From a virus (taxonomy: Duplodnaviria > Caudoviricetes), in IMG/VR virus record IMGVR_UViG_3300012890_000002, positions 1 to 54,681 of that record: DNA of 54,681 nt. One strand, written 5' to 3'. The notes below the pieces were generated by a model. That model was given only the letters and a program-made list of their open reading frames with translations. It was not told where the DNA came from and did not search any database. The position numbers were made by a program, and so were the translations under genes. Shown piece after piece: positions 8,663-18,665 of the stretch. Positions within the stretch are counted from its first letter, which is position 1; the number at the start of each line of letters is the position of its first letter.

Positions 8663-8859
8663 CCCGCCCCACCCTCCCGGACGCCTCGGCCATGACCGAC
8701 CAGCAGGTCGCCGCCGCCTACGCGCGGGCCAGCGTGGCGCTCGGTAAGGCCCACGAATACCAGGACCAAGACACGCCCGCACAGCGGACCGCGTTTCGGC
8801 GCTGGGAAGCCCTCGACCGCGAGATGGCCCGCCGCGGACTGGAACGGAGGTCAGGATGA
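8659..8859 (+). CDS. Hypothetical protein
   Basis: Stop/start overlaps with both neighbours. Confidence 0.6.
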   Translation: MTRPTLPDASAMTDQQVAAAYARASVALGKAHEYQDQDTPAQRTAFRRWEALDREMARRGLERRSG

Positions 8860-9095
8860 ACGCACAGGAAGCACGTCAGCTCGCCACCCAGGTCGTGACC
8901 GTCGAACAGAAGACCGCCTCCGAAGCCGCCATGGGCCAGATCACGCAGGCGGCCGAGCAGGGCAAGACGAGCACCACCCTGTACCCCAAGCGGCCGGACT
9001 GGTTGAAGACCTACCTGGAAGGCCAGGGGTACACGGTCCAGAAGACGAACTCGGGGGATCAGCGTGACCCGGTGCAGCTCGAGGTGAGCTGGTGA
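8856..9095 (+). CDS. Hypothetical protein
   Basis: GGAGG RBS; ATGA overlap. Confidence 0.7.
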   Translation: MNAQEARQLATQVVTVEQKTASEAAMGQITQAAEQGKTSTTLYPKRPDWLKTYLEGQGYTVQKTNSGDQRDPVQLEVSW

Positions 9096-9436
9096 GCATT
9101 GACTTCGAGGCCTTCTGGGAGGAAGTGAAGCAGGCCAGGAAACTGCTGGAACCAAAACCAGACGACATCGTCCTGTTGATCTTTCACCCGCTCGACGCAG
9201 GCCCATGGGAGATGAAACCCGGTTACGCCGCGCCGCGCCCGGTTCAGGGGTCGTTACCACCGAGCATGGTTGCAGGTGTGCCCGTCGAGACAGACGACTG
9301 GAGCCCACGCGGGCAGGTCACTGCCGTTCTGCACAAACAGAAGCAGCGATATGACCACTACCGCGCCCTGGGGTTCCGGCCAGCACGCGCGATCCTCCGC
9401 GCCAGCCTGGAAGTTCCAGCCGGAGTGTCGCCATGA
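9092..9436 (+). CDS. Hypothetical protein
   Basis: GAGG RBS; GTGA overlap. Confidence 0.6.
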   Translation: MSIDFEAFWEEVKQARKLLEPKPDDIVLLIFHPLDAGPWEMKPGYAAPRPVQGSLPPSMVAGVPVETDDWSPRGQVTAVLHKQKQRYDHYRALGFRPARAILRASLEVPAGVSP

Positions 9437-9500
9437 CCCCCGCCCTCCGCCTGCACCTCGCGCGACTGCCCCGGCTCAGGCGGCACAGGAGACAAAAACG

Positions 9501-9944
9501 ATGAGCACTGAACCGAAATGGACCCGCATCTACACACTGCCCGCCGGGAGCATCGGCGAGATGGAAGGCCGGGCCGAAGTCCTCAACGTGCAGGCCCGAA
9601 CGGGCGGCCGGGAAGGTGTGGCGCTCGCCGAGTGGCGCGCACGCATCACCCCTGAAGGCGCGACGCTCGAGTCCCGCCCCCTGCCGTACAACCTCGCCTT
9701 CAAGTCCCACGTGACGGGCTGGAAGGATGGTCGCGGCATCTGCCTGCACTGCGGCGCCCAGCAGGACCGGCCCTACACCGGAGAGCGCGGCACGCTGGGC
9801 GTCATCCTCTCCGGCACCGCCTGGGCGAAGCGCCACAAGCCCTGGTGCCCCGGCCCGCTCGAGCCGCGGTACACGGCCCCGCCCCTGAACCTCGGCCCGG
9901 AAATCTCCGACCAGATCCGCAAGAAGCTCGGGCGGCTCTCTTGA
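9501..9944 (+). CDS. Hypothetical protein (CxxC...HxxxC)
   Basis: AGGAG RBS; CLHC and HKPWC motifs. Confidence 0.6.
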   Translation: MSTEPKWTRIYTLPAGSIGEMEGRAEVLNVQARTGGREGVALAEWRARITPEGATLESRPLPYNLAFKSHVTGWKDGRGICLHCGAQQDRPYTGERGTLGVILSGTAWAKRHKPWCPGPLEPRYTAPPLNLGPEISDQIRKKLGRLS

Positions 9945-9979
9945 CCCTCACGCTCACTGCACCGGAGGCCACGCTGCCC

Positions 9980-10513
9980 ATGCCACCAGAACGCCGCCGC
10001 TACGTCAGCCGAGGCCGCCAGAGCACCCAGGCCCTCACCCTCCCCCGCGAGCAGGCCAGAGAGGCCCGCCAGTACGCCGAGCGGTGGTACGTCGCCCTCA
10101 GCGACTGGCAAGTTGAGCGCGCCCTCGTCCGGATTCCAGCCGTCAGCTACGCCGGGTTCGCCGACCGCTGGGGCTATGTCAGCACGCTCGGCGAGTTCCT
10201 GCCCGATCAGTGCAATATGCTCGAACTGCCGATCGGCCAGCACCTCGAAGGCGAGGTCGGCCAGATCATCAGCACGATGCAGGCCAGCAGCGTCACCGCG
10301 ACCCGTCAGTGCGGTGACCTGCTGCACCTGATCCGCACGCCCGGCAGCCGGAAGCCCGACAGCCTGCTCAACGGGGCCGGGCAGTGGCAACCGGACGCCC
10401 CCAGAATGGCCGCCTACGCCCTGGCTTGTCTGAGCCTCGCGGTGGTGCTCAGGGACGCGCGGGCGGAGCTGGACCTGCCCTACGTCCGGGGTGTGGCTCG
10501 CCGGGACGGGTGA
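9980..10513 (+). CDS. Candidate late-gene regulator (occupies the lambda Q position)
   Basis: GGAGG RBS (alternative TTG start at 9941); last early gene before a promoter-terminator pair; no recognisable family motif. Confidence 0.5.
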   Translation: MPPERRRYVSRGRQSTQALTLPREQAREARQYAERWYVALSDWQVERALVRIPAVSYAGFADRWGYVSTLGEFLPDQCNMLELPIGQHLEGEVGQIISTMQASSVTATRQCGDLLHLIRTPGSRKPDSLLNGAGQWQPDAPRMAAYALACLSLAVVLRDARAELDLPYVRGVARRDG

Positions 10514-10526
10514 GATGCGTCTGGCA

Positions 10527-10555
10527 TTGCACAAATTCATGGATTCAGGTACGAT
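10527..10555 (+). promoter_or_regulatory. Late promoter, sigma70 type
   Basis: TTGCAC-N17-TACGAT. Confidence 0.75.
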
Positions 10556-10594
10556 TTTGCTAGTCTTCAAGTTTTGTCTCGAACACACACCATC

Positions 10595-10619
10595 AGCCCG
10601 CCACTGCGCGGGCTTTTTT
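10595..10619 (+). terminator. Intrinsic terminator just downstream of the late promoter
   Basis: AGCCCGC-cactgc-GCGGGCT followed by a T run. Confidence 0.8.
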
Positions 10620-10640
10620 CATGCCGTCAGGAGGTGAGCC

Positions 10641-10823
10641 GTGCCCAAATCGCCCGCACCACCTGACCTCGCCGATCTGTTGCCCGCCTGTAGGTCTTGG
10701 GCGCGATGGAGTAGGAAAAACGCCCACAACGGCCCGCCCTGGCCGACCCTGCTGGGCCACGTCAGCGCCCTGCCGAGCCTGCATGACCGCCTGCGCTGTT
10801 ACGCGGCTCTGCGGATCGTTTGA
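10641..10823 (+). CDS. Hypothetical protein
   Basis: AGGAGGT RBS. Confidence 0.55.
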   Translation: MPKSPAPPDLADLLPACRSWARWSRKNAHNGPPWPTLLGHVSALPSLHDRLRCYAALRIV

Positions 10824-10826
10824 CCT

Positions 10827-11009
10827 GTGTCCCGCAAGCAGCGCAAGCCGCCCACTCCCGACCAACTCGCCAGCCTTCAGCGTGAACTCGAGCGAGCGTG
10901 GCAGGCCGACCCTGAACCCCTGACCCAGCTGGAGCCCGCGCCGGTGCGGTTGAGGACGGAGACGGAAATCAGGGTGGATCGGTGGCTGGCGGAGTTCCTG
11001 AAGCAATAG
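10827..11009 (+). CDS. Hypothetical protein
   Basis: ORF filling the gap before the terminase genes. Confidence 0.5.
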   Translation: MSRKQRKPPTPDQLASLQRELERAWQADPEPLTQLEPAPVRLRTETEIRVDRWLAEFLKQ

Positions 11010-11022
11010 GAGGTGAACCCAG

Positions 11023-11484
11023 TTGGCCTACCACCTGAACCACGAACGCGCCGCAGCCATCCTGGCAGACGCCGCCTACCTCGGCGACGAGGCAACAGCG
11101 AAAAAATGGAATATCACGGTCAGGACGATCTTCAACTACCGTGAACGGCTCGCCTCAGACCCCAAGCTTTCCGAACTTTTCCAACGAAAAACGAGGCGAG
11201 CAGAGGTCGGCTGGGCAGAGCGGCTGAAGGTCACGATGGGCAGCATCCTCGACAAGGCGGCGATGATCGTCGAGTCGATTGAGCCGGTGATCGTGGTCGA
11301 GACGAGCTTTGGTGGGCAGACGAACATCGTCAACACCGAGGGGCTGAAGTTGCTGATCGACGCTGGAGAGCGGCTGGGGCAGATCGCCCTGGCAATGGAG
11401 ATGATTCATGCAGGTGATGGAGAAAATGATCCGCCTGCAAAAGCAGGTGAAACAGTACCGGGCCGCCCGTCGCTCCCGAACTAG
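11023..11484 (+). CDS. terS: Terminase small subunit
   Basis: N-terminal HTH (ATAKKWNITVRTIFNYR); position before terL; GGAGGT RBS with TTG start. Confidence 0.75.
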   Translation: MAYHLNHERAAAILADAAYLGDEATAKKWNITVRTIFNYRERLASDPKLSELFQRKTRRAEVGWAERLKVTMGSILDKAAMIVESIEPVIVVETSFGGQTNIVNTEGLKLLIDAGERLGQIALAMEMIHAGDGENDPPAKAGETVPGRPSLPN

Positions 11485-12877
11485 ACACGCTGCGCCTCCA
11501 CCCAGCCTCACGGACTACTGGAAGGCCCGGTATCCGAAGTACCAGTTGGCGACCCACATTCAACTGATGATCGCCGCTCTGGCGGAGCTGAAGCCGGGTG
11601 ACGCGCTGATCATCACCATGCCGCCCCGTCATTCGAAGACGGAGACCGTGAAGGCGTGGGTGGAGTGGCAGCTGGGGCAGCATCCGGACGCGGAGGTGAT
11701 GTACACCAGCTACTCGGTCCGCCTGGCCCGCACCTCGAGCCGGAGCATCCGCAACGAGATTGCGACTGGGTTGGCCTTCCCGCGTTTCTTTCCCAACGTC
11801 ACCCTCTCGGCGGATTCACAGGCGGCGACCGACTGGGGCACCACCCTGGGCGGCTTCTTCCGTGCGGCGGGCGTGGGTGGTTCGATCACCGGCATGGGGG
11901 CCCGGTTTGCCGTCATTGACGACCCACTGAAAGACCGCAAGGCCGCCGAGAGCGAGGTCGTGCGTGAGGGTGTCTGGGAGTGGTTCACCTCCGGCCTGCT
12001 GACCCGCCTCTCCCCTGACGCCTCCCTGGTGCTGATGCACACGCGCTGGCACCCCGACGACCTGGCCGGCAAGGTCCTGGCGATGCTCGAAGAGGGCGAA
12101 GGAGACGAGCTCGGCGGCCTGAGCTGGAAGCACCTGAACCTCGCTGCCATCTACGACGACCCGAACGTGGTCGACCCGATGGGGCGTGAGCTCGGAGAGG
12201 CCCTCTGGCCCGCCCGCTTCACGCTCAAGCGCCTGCTGGGCATGAAGGCGGCCAACGAGTACGACTTCGAGGCCCTCTACCAGCAGCGGCCCCGCAAACG
12301 CGGTGGGCAGGTCTTCAGCGACAAGCCCACCCGGTACCAATTGCCTGCACGTGATGGTGCTCGGATCGTAATTGTGGGCGACACCGCCAGCAGTCAGCGC
12401 AAGACGGCCGACTTCAGTGCCCTGGTCGTCATGGCCGGCATTGGCAGAGGGCTGGAGACACGCGCAGATGTTCTTGAAGTCCGGCATGGGCGATTCGACC
12501 TCGCTCAGTTTGGTGCGGTTTGCCAGGAACTCCAGGCTCTATACGGCTCAGACATCGTTCTGGAAGAGACTTCGCAGTCGCTGCCGATTATTCAGTATTT
12601 ACGGTTGATCAAAGTGCGTGTTCGCGGTGTGAAGCCAATGGGCGACAAGTTCACCCGCGCCCAACCTGCCGCCGCCGCCTGGAACCGCGGTTCGATTCGG
12701 CTGCCCTACCAAGCGCCTTGGCTTGCGGCCCTGCTCGGCGAAACTGCCAGTTTTACCGGGACGAAAGCTGATCAGCATGACGATCAGGTGGACGCTCTTA
12801 GCTACGGTTGGGCCGAACTTGCCGCTGTTCCCCGTATGCCGGTTTCCAACGCCACCCAGACGCCCGTGACCCGATGA
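11408..12877 (+). CDS. terL: Terminase large subunit
   Basis: MPPRHSKT Walker A; VIDDPLKD Walker B; HTRWHPDDL; ALYQQRP; DK-TRA; HDDQVDA nuclease motif. Confidence 0.96.
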   Translation: MQVMEKMIRLQKQVKQYRAARRSRTRHAAPPPSLTDYWKARYPKYQLATHIQLMIAALAELKPGDALIITMPPRHSKTETVKAWVEWQLGQHPDAEVMYTSYSVRLARTSSRSIRNEIATGLAFPRFFPNVTLSADSQAATDWGTTLGGFFRAAGVGGSITGMGARFAVIDDPLKDRKAAESEVVREGVWEWFTSGLLTRLSPDASLVLMHTRWHPDDLAGKVLAMLEEGEGDELGGLSWKHLNLAAIYDDPNVVDPMGRELGEALWPARFTLKRLLGMKAANEYDFEALYQQRPRKRGGQVFSDKPTRYQLPARDGARIVIVGDTASSQRKTADFSALVVMAGIGRGLETRADVLEVRHGRFDLAQFGAVCQELQALYGSDIVLEETSQSLPIIQYLRLIKVRVRGVKPMGDKFTRAQPAAAAWNRGSIRLPYQAPWLAALLGETASFTGTKADQHDDQVDALSYGWAELAAVPRMPVSNATQTPVTR

Positions 12878-12890
12878 AGGAGGTGATCTG

Positions 12891-14447
12891 ATGACCTTAC
12901 CCGCCAACCTGAGCTTCCTGGAGGCCACCGCCCGGGCCACCACGTCGGGCACCTCCGACGCCGCCCACCGCGACGCCATCCTCGCCTGCCTCAAGGGCGA
13001 CCATTGGCGCGGTGGTGCCGGCTGGGTGGGCCCACGCCTCCCAGCTGAGAACAAGCTGGCCCAGGAGTTCCTGAACGCCGTCGAGGCGCAGTTCATCCCG
13101 AAGAACGCTCTGCTCGAGATCGCCCGTCGGCACACCGGCGCGGTGATCGGCAGGTACCCCAGCATCAAGCTGGCCTTGGCCGAGGCTGCGGGTGACCCGA
13201 CCGAGGCACAGAAGAAGGAGATGCAGGCCGGCGAGTCCGCCCTGACCCTCCACCTCGACACCGTTGGGGCGCTCGCCAAGCTGCAGCAGTTCACCCGCTA
13301 CCTGCTGATCGGGCAGGCCGAGGTGCGCGGGTACATCCCCACCGGGGCCCTGAGAAACGGGGTGGTCCCCCAGGATGACCTCCTGACGAGCATCAAGCGG
13401 ATCAGGATGCAGGTGCCGAAGCCCGGCGCGGCCCAGATCGTGGATGACGAGGAGACCGGCGCCCGGTACGCCACCTACACCAGCAAGAACGCCGAGGGCA
13501 AGCAGACCGCCGAGATCAGCTACCTGACCGACGACGGGCTGACGGTGATCAAGCAGGCGCGCGAGAGCAGCATCCTCGCCCCCACCGGTGACCTGGCCCA
13601 GAAAGACAATGCCACCGACCCGGTCGACATGGGCGGCTTCCTGCCGATCGTGCAGGCGTTCCGCGATCAGTTCCTGACGCCCACGCAACTGCGGAACAAC
13701 ATGATGGTGAACTTCGCCAAGACCGCCATCCTCCGGAACGCGGAACTCGCGGCGGTGCTCGAGCGGTACGGCATCAACATCCTCCCGCCCGGTGAATGGG
13801 TGTCCGACGTCCAGTCTCCCGGCGGCATGCGCTTCCAGCCGAGTGCCGACTTCCGGCCCGGTGGCGCCAACGCGACCTTCTACGGCCCGAACTACCAGCC
13901 GGACAGCCAGGGCGGCTTCGCGGCAGCTTCCGGCGGTCAGTACGGCCGGTTCGAACCGGTCAGCCCCGCCGCGCTGATCGCCACCAAAGAGGACGGCTAC
14001 GGCGACATGCTCGACGAGGCCAGCCAGAGCCACATGAAGATCAGCGGCGACGCGACGGCCTCGGGCGAGGCCCGCATCCAGGCCATGAACGACTTCAAGA
14101 CCAGCCTGTATGAGACGGCCACGGCCATCGAGGCGGCCCTGACCGCCTACCTGAGCTGCGTGCTGCACTGGGCCGCCTCGCTCAGCGGCCAGCCGGGCCG
14201 GTTCAAGGACTACCGGGTCGTCATCCAGTGCAAGATCACGGCCGCACAGCCCACCGTGCTCGAGCGGGCGCAGGTGATCGCCGAGCGTGACGGCGGTCTG
14301 CGTTCCGACGAAGACGCGATGAACCAGATCGGCATCGAGGATACCGACCAGATGCTCGCGGCAGTGCAGGCCGATCAAGAGAAGAAAACTGCTGCCGGCC
14401 AGGCGCAGGCGAAGCTGCTCGGGCTGGCGCTGGGTGACACCGGGTGA
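12891..14447 (+). CDS. Portal protein
   Basis: 518 aa, directly after terL; ASGEA motif; C-terminal S-E-AM-IG pattern typical of portals. Confidence 0.8.
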   Translation: MTLPANLSFLEATARATTSGTSDAAHRDAILACLKGDHWRGGAGWVGPRLPAENKLAQEFLNAVEAQFIPKNALLEIARRHTGAVIGRYPSIKLALAEAAGDPTEAQKKEMQAGESALTLHLDTVGALAKLQQFTRYLLIGQAEVRGYIPTGALRNGVVPQDDLLTSIKRIRMQVPKPGAAQIVDDEETGARYATYTSKNAEGKQTAEISYLTDDGLTVIKQARESSILAPTGDLAQKDNATDPVDMGGFLPIVQAFRDQFLTPTQLRNNMMVNFAKTAILRNAELAAVLERYGINILPPGEWVSDVQSPGGMRFQPSADFRPGGANATFYGPNYQPDSQGGFAAASGGQYGRFEPVSPAALIATKEDGYGDMLDEASQSHMKISGDATASGEARIQAMNDFKTSLYETATAIEAALTAYLSCVLHWAASLSGQPGRFKDYRVVIQCKITAAQPTVLERAQVIAERDGGLRSDEDAMNQIGIEDTDQMLAAVQADQEKKTAAGQAQAKLLGLALGDTG

Positions 14448-15034
14448 GCGTGGTGCTCTACCAGCAGCAACTCGACGCCGAGAAGGCCCTCCTCCCGCTG
14501 ATGCAGGCGCTGTACGACGCCCTGGGGAAAGGCCCGGCCCCGGACACCCTGCTGAAGTACCTGCTGGCCGTCAGTACCCGGCAGGCCACCGAACCCGCCA
14601 CCGAGGCGGTCAGCAGCACCCTCGCCACCCTGACGAGCAGCCCAGTCCTGCCGGTGGTCACCCGGGCGGTCGGTCAACGGATCGCCGCCGAGAAGGCCGC
14701 GGGCCTCACCGAACGCGCCGTCTCTGTGCTCGCGGGCAAGAGCGCAGCCGCCGTCAACCCCTACACGAAGCTCGCCGCGCAGGTGCTGATCTTCGACAGT
14801 GCCCGCGACGGCAGCAAGGTCGGGGCCTCGGCCGGCGGGGCGACGCACAAGACGTTCATCCGCCTCCGGCCCGCGAAAGAACCCAGGGTGCACAGCATCC
14901 TCGAAGGCGTGACGCTCCCGATCGACCAGCCGTTCAACATCGACGGCCATCTGGTCGACGGGCCCGGTGATCCGCGCCTGCCGTGGTCGTCCAGGGCGTT
15001 CTGCGGGCACATCCTGCGCTATTCCCGCCAGTAA
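14444..15034 (+). CDS. Head morphogenesis / MuF-like minor capsid protein
   Basis: PRVHSILEG...PIDQPF...PGDPRLP...FCGH motif; position after portal. Confidence 0.7.
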   Translation: MSVVLYQQQLDAEKALLPLMQALYDALGKGPAPDTLLKYLLAVSTRQATEPATEAVSSTLATLTSSPVLPVVTRAVGQRIAAEKAAGLTERAVSVLAGKSAAAVNPYTKLAAQVLIFDSARDGSKVGASAGGATHKTFIRLRPAKEPRVHSILEGVTLPIDQPFNIDGHLVDGPGDPRLPWSSRAFCGHILRYSRQ

Positions 15035-15158
15035 CCACATGCGGCAGGCCACGCGGCCGTAAGTCCAGTCCACTCCCACTGAAGGCCCGCCAGTCATGAG
15101 ACGGCGGGCCTTCGGCATCCACCCCGGCACGCGCCGGGAGCGCCCAGGAGGGCCAGCC

Positions 15159-15944
15159 ATGAAATCACTCGCAGAGTATCTCGCCACCGCCGGAGGAGAT
15201 CAGGACGCCGCGCTCAAGGCGATGCACGCCGATCTCTTCCAGGTCTCCCAGTCGGTCGAGTCCGAGGCCGGAGCGAACATCCGCGCCCGGGTCATCAGCA
15301 AGGCGCTGGAGCCGCTCGCCAGGAAACTGAACATCGAGCTGCCCGCACCGGGCCAGCGGCCCAGCAAAGAGGCCACGGACGCCCTGGCCGACGCCGTGTC
15401 CGGGGGCTTGAGTGCTCTGGACGGGCAGGCGGGCAACGTCGAGCGCCTCACGCGCGTCCTCGGCGACGCCGGGCTGGATACGGCCCTGCTGGCCGACGGC
15501 GACAAGGGCAAGGCGGCGGTCTCCGACTGGCTGAAAGGCCTCAAGAGCCACGTCGACGGGGAACAGGCGGCGAAGCAGGAGCTGAACATCTACAAGTACG
15601 CGGCGGCCGAGAACCTCAAGCCCGACGCGCTGATGCTTCAGAAAGGGCTCGAGCACCTCGAGGCCCGGCAGATCACCCGTAAGGATGCCGCCGGGAAGGA
15701 CGAGACCGTCACGGTGTGGGGCCTTCCCGGCGAGGGCGACGCCTTCAAGCCGGCCACCGAGTACCTGAAGCCCGTGATGGACAGCCTGCGAGTGGGCAAG
15801 ACCGAGACCGGCACGCGCTGGATCACCAACCAGGAGCAGCGGGAGAGCGGCGGCAAGGACGCCATCGACCGCGCCATCGAGGCGAGACAGGCCACCGCCA
15901 GCAAGGCGGTCGACCCGTTCAGCCCTCAGAGCACCACCCTGTAA
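15159..15944 (+). CDS. Capsid scaffolding protein (putative)
   Basis: AGGAGG RBS; helical and charged; lies before the decoration and major capsid genes. Confidence 0.6.
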   Translation: MKSLAEYLATAGGDQDAALKAMHADLFQVSQSVESEAGANIRARVISKALEPLARKLNIELPAPGQRPSKEATDALADAVSGGLSALDGQAGNVERLTRVLGDAGLDTALLADGDKGKAAVSDWLKGLKSHVDGEQAAKQELNIYKYAAAENLKPDALMLQKGLEHLEARQITRKDAAGKDETVTVWGLPGEGDAFKPATEYLKPVMDSLRVGKTETGTRWITNQEQRESGGKDAIDRAIEARQATASKAVDPFSPQSTTL

Positions 15945-15955
15945 AGGAGTAAGAC

Positions 15956-16363
15956 ATGCCCAGACGCACCACGACCGCCTTCGGGCTGCCCGCCTTCGTG
16001 GCGGACCCGAACAGCCTCGCCTTCTATGGCTCGGGCGCCCAGATCGACTGGACGACCATCGCCGCGCCCACCGCCCCCGAGACCGTCAAGCGGCTTCAGG
16101 GCGGCACGCTGATGCAGCTGAACGCCGCCGGGAAGATGGTTCTCCACGACGGCACCGCCACCAGCCCGGCCTTCATCCTCCAGAGCGGCGCGGCCGAGAC
16201 CAGCCGTACCGACGCCCTGAGCGGCTACGGCTTCTTCACCGGCGGCAACTTCTACGAGGCCCTGCTCCCCAATGCCACCGGCACGCCCCGCGTCCTGACG
16301 GCCAACCAGAAGACCGCCCTCGGCGCGCGCTTCTTCATGCAGCTCTACAGCGACGTGCGCTGA
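15956..16363 (+). CDS. Head decoration protein (putative)
   Basis: 135 aa, immediately before the major capsid gene; AAGGAG RBS. Confidence 0.6.
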   Translation: MPRRTTTAFGLPAFVADPNSLAFYGSGAQIDWTTIAAPTAPETVKRLQGGTLMQLNAAGKMVLHDGTATSPAFILQSGAAETSRTDALSGYGFFTGGNFYEALLPNATGTPRVLTANQKTALGARFFMQLYSDVR

Positions 16364-16375
16364 AAGGTGGTGTAA

Positions 16376-17521
16376 ATGAACAACTTTGCAGCGATCATCT
16401 CGGCCCTGCTGGCCGCCCAGTCCGGAGGCGTGGACCGCATCACCACCCTCACCAACACCCCGCCCGACCCCGCCGAGTACCTGTTCCTGTCGGTGCTCCC
16501 GATCCGCCAGAGCGACGACTACCGCGCCACCAGCAACGCCATGCGCATCGTTTCCACCATGGCGGGCATGGTCGGCATGGACAGCCCGTACCCTACCGGT
16601 TCGGCCATCCAGTACAGCGACTTCAGCGAGCAGACGGTGAAGCTCGCCATCGCCACCGGTCTGAACGAGCGCCAGATCCGCGAGATTCAGGGTCTGATCC
16701 GGCTCGCCGGCACGGGTGAGGCCAACGGCCAGAGCCCGGACGACATCCTGACGAACAGCCTGCTGAACCTCTACCGCAAGGGCGTGGTGCAGGCGCTCGA
16801 CGACACCAGCGAGTACCTGCGGGCCCAGGCGCTCAGCACCGGCGCACTCAACTGGACCTTCAACGGCAAGGTCCTGGCGGTCGACTACGGCGTGCCGACC
16901 GCGAACAAGCGGGTCCTGACCGGCACCGACGGCTTCGGCGGGAGCACCAGCAAGTTCTGGGACACCGTGCGCTGGGGCCGCAAGCAGGTCAAGAGCGTCC
17001 GCGCCTTCGTACTCAGCGACGACTCGCTCGAGATGGTGCTGGCGAACGACGTCAACAAGATCACCGTGGTCAACGACAACGAGAGCGTCGGCAAGAACAT
17101 CCGGATCGTCACCGTCCGCCGCGCCGTCCGGAACGCCGAGGGCATCACCGTCGGCTTCGACCAGGACGCCCGCAGCACCGTGACCCTGGTGAGCTACCGC
17201 CGTCAGGCGCAGATCATCGCCCCCGGCGCCGCCAACGGCACCACCGGCGTGCAGCTGTTCCCGAACGGCGTGATGAGCGTCATCGGCAACAACACCAGTG
17301 ACGACATCCTGACCAACGACGGGTCGGCCCAGGCGAGCAACAACCTCGGGTACACCCAGGTCAGCCCCACCGTCGAAGGCGGCGGACGCATCGGCCGCTG
17401 GGGTCGCACCTATACCCCCGAAGGTGCTCCCTGGAGCGCACGGGCCGAGGGTGTCAGCAACGAACTCCCGGTGATCGAAACCCCCGAGAAGCTGGCGCTG
17501 GCCACCTTCCCGATGGTCTGA
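16376..17521 (+). CDS. Major capsid protein (lambda E-like, HK97 fold)
   Basis: EYLRAQALSTG...VDYGVP motif typical of lambda-E-type capsids; size and position. Confidence 0.85.
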   Translation: MNNFAAIISALLAAQSGGVDRITTLTNTPPDPAEYLFLSVLPIRQSDDYRATSNAMRIVSTMAGMVGMDSPYPTGSAIQYSDFSEQTVKLAIATGLNERQIREIQGLIRLAGTGEANGQSPDDILTNSLLNLYRKGVVQALDDTSEYLRAQALSTGALNWTFNGKVLAVDYGVPTANKRVLTGTDGFGGSTSKFWDTVRWGRKQVKSVRAFVLSDDSLEMVLANDVNKITVVNDNESVGKNIRIVTVRRAVRNAEGITVGFDQDARSTVTLVSYRRQAQIIAPGAANGTTGVQLFPNGVMSVIGNNTSDDILTNDGSAQASNNLGYTQVSPTVEGGGRIGRWGRTYTPEGAPWSARAEGVSNELPVIETPEKLALATFPMV

Positions 17522-17531
17522 GGAGGCTGAC

Positions 17532-18314
17532 ATGGCAGAGAAACAGGTCAAGATCGTCTCGCTTCCCAGCACCTACATCTGGGGAGACAACAAGTACGGC
17601 CCGTTCACGGCCAGCGACGACGCCTCGTTCCTGAAGGTGCCGGAGAGCATGGCCTCCGCACTCGGGCTGCCGCTGTACGACCCGGAAGCCGAGGCCGAGG
17701 CCGGGACTCCCGTCGAGGGGACGGGCATCACGCTTCTGGGCCAGACCGAAGACGCTCTGCGTACGGTACTGGACGCACAGAAGCAGATCGCGGACCTGTT
17801 CCCCAAGTTCGAGGGCGGAGACGTCCTGACCACTGAAGCAGGCACACACCCCCTCGTCGAGGCGGTGCAAGAGGTCATCCAGGCCCGCAACGATCTGCAG
17901 GCCCGGGTCAACCAGTTGGAAGCAGCGGCGAACGCAGCCACCCCGCAACTCCAGGCGCCTGAAGGTGCCCAACTGCTGCCCGCCGATGCGCGAGACCGCC
18001 TGATCTCCATCGACGGAATCAGCGAGCGGATCGCGGACGAGGCTCTGGCTGCGCTGGGCGTGCAGTCGGTCGCCTCCCTGGAAAGTCAGCCGGAAGTGAC
18101 CCTGTCCGGTGATGCGCTCCCTCCGGCTCAGACCGGTGACGCAGTGCCGACGCAGAAGACCGGTGACCTGCCTCAGAACGTGGTGGCCGCCGGGAAGCTG
18201 AAGGCCGCCGGCATCACCACCTGGGAAGGCGTGCGCGAGACCACCGACCAAGCCCTGGCTGATGCGGGCCTCGACGCCGATCAGATCGCCAGCCTCCGCA
18301 GCAAAGCTGGCTGA
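17532..18314 (+). CDS. Acidic protein with helix-hairpin-helix-like motifs
   Basis: LISIDGISERIA and KLKAAGITTWE motifs; GAGGAGG RBS. Confidence 0.65.
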   Translation: MAEKQVKIVSLPSTYIWGDNKYGPFTASDDASFLKVPESMASALGLPLYDPEAEAEAGTPVEGTGITLLGQTEDALRTVLDAQKQIADLFPKFEGGDVLTTEAGTHPLVEAVQEVIQARNDLQARVNQLEAAANAATPQLQAPEGAQLLPADARDRLISIDGISERIADEALAALGVQSVASLESQPEVTLSGDALPPAQTGDAVPTQKTGDLPQNVVAAGKLKAAGITTWEGVRETTDQALADAGLDADQIASLRSKAG

Positions 18315-18342
18315 GCAGGGCAAATCCCTGTAGAGGTCCCAC

Positions 18343-18630
18343 ATGATCCAGAGCGCAGAAGAACGACGCCGACAGCGAACTCCCAGTGATCCCAGGCTTT
18401 CCCTTGAGCTGCACACCATTGCTCTGGCCGTAGAAGCGGCTGACCAGAACGGTCAGGAGGTGGTGTTCATTCAGGGCGAGATTAGCCCTGATGCGACATC
18501 GGCGCTGAAGGCCTTGGGCTACCACGTCCGGGCCACGACGTTCGAGCAGTGGCCCGGCGCGTTGAAGCTCGGCCTCTTCTGTGTTTCGTGGGAGCGCGAG
18601 CCGACCATCCGGTTCTCCATAGACCTCTGA
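18343..18630 (+). CDS. Hypothetical protein
   Basis: GAGGT RBS. Confidence 0.55.
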   Translation: MIQSAEERRRQRTPSDPRLSLELHTIALAVEAADQNGQEVVFIQGEISPDATSALKALGYHVRATTFEQWPGALKLGLFCVSWEREPTIRFSIDL

Positions 18631-18665
18631 CAGCTCCAAAAATCCAGTTCTGGAGGTGGATACCT

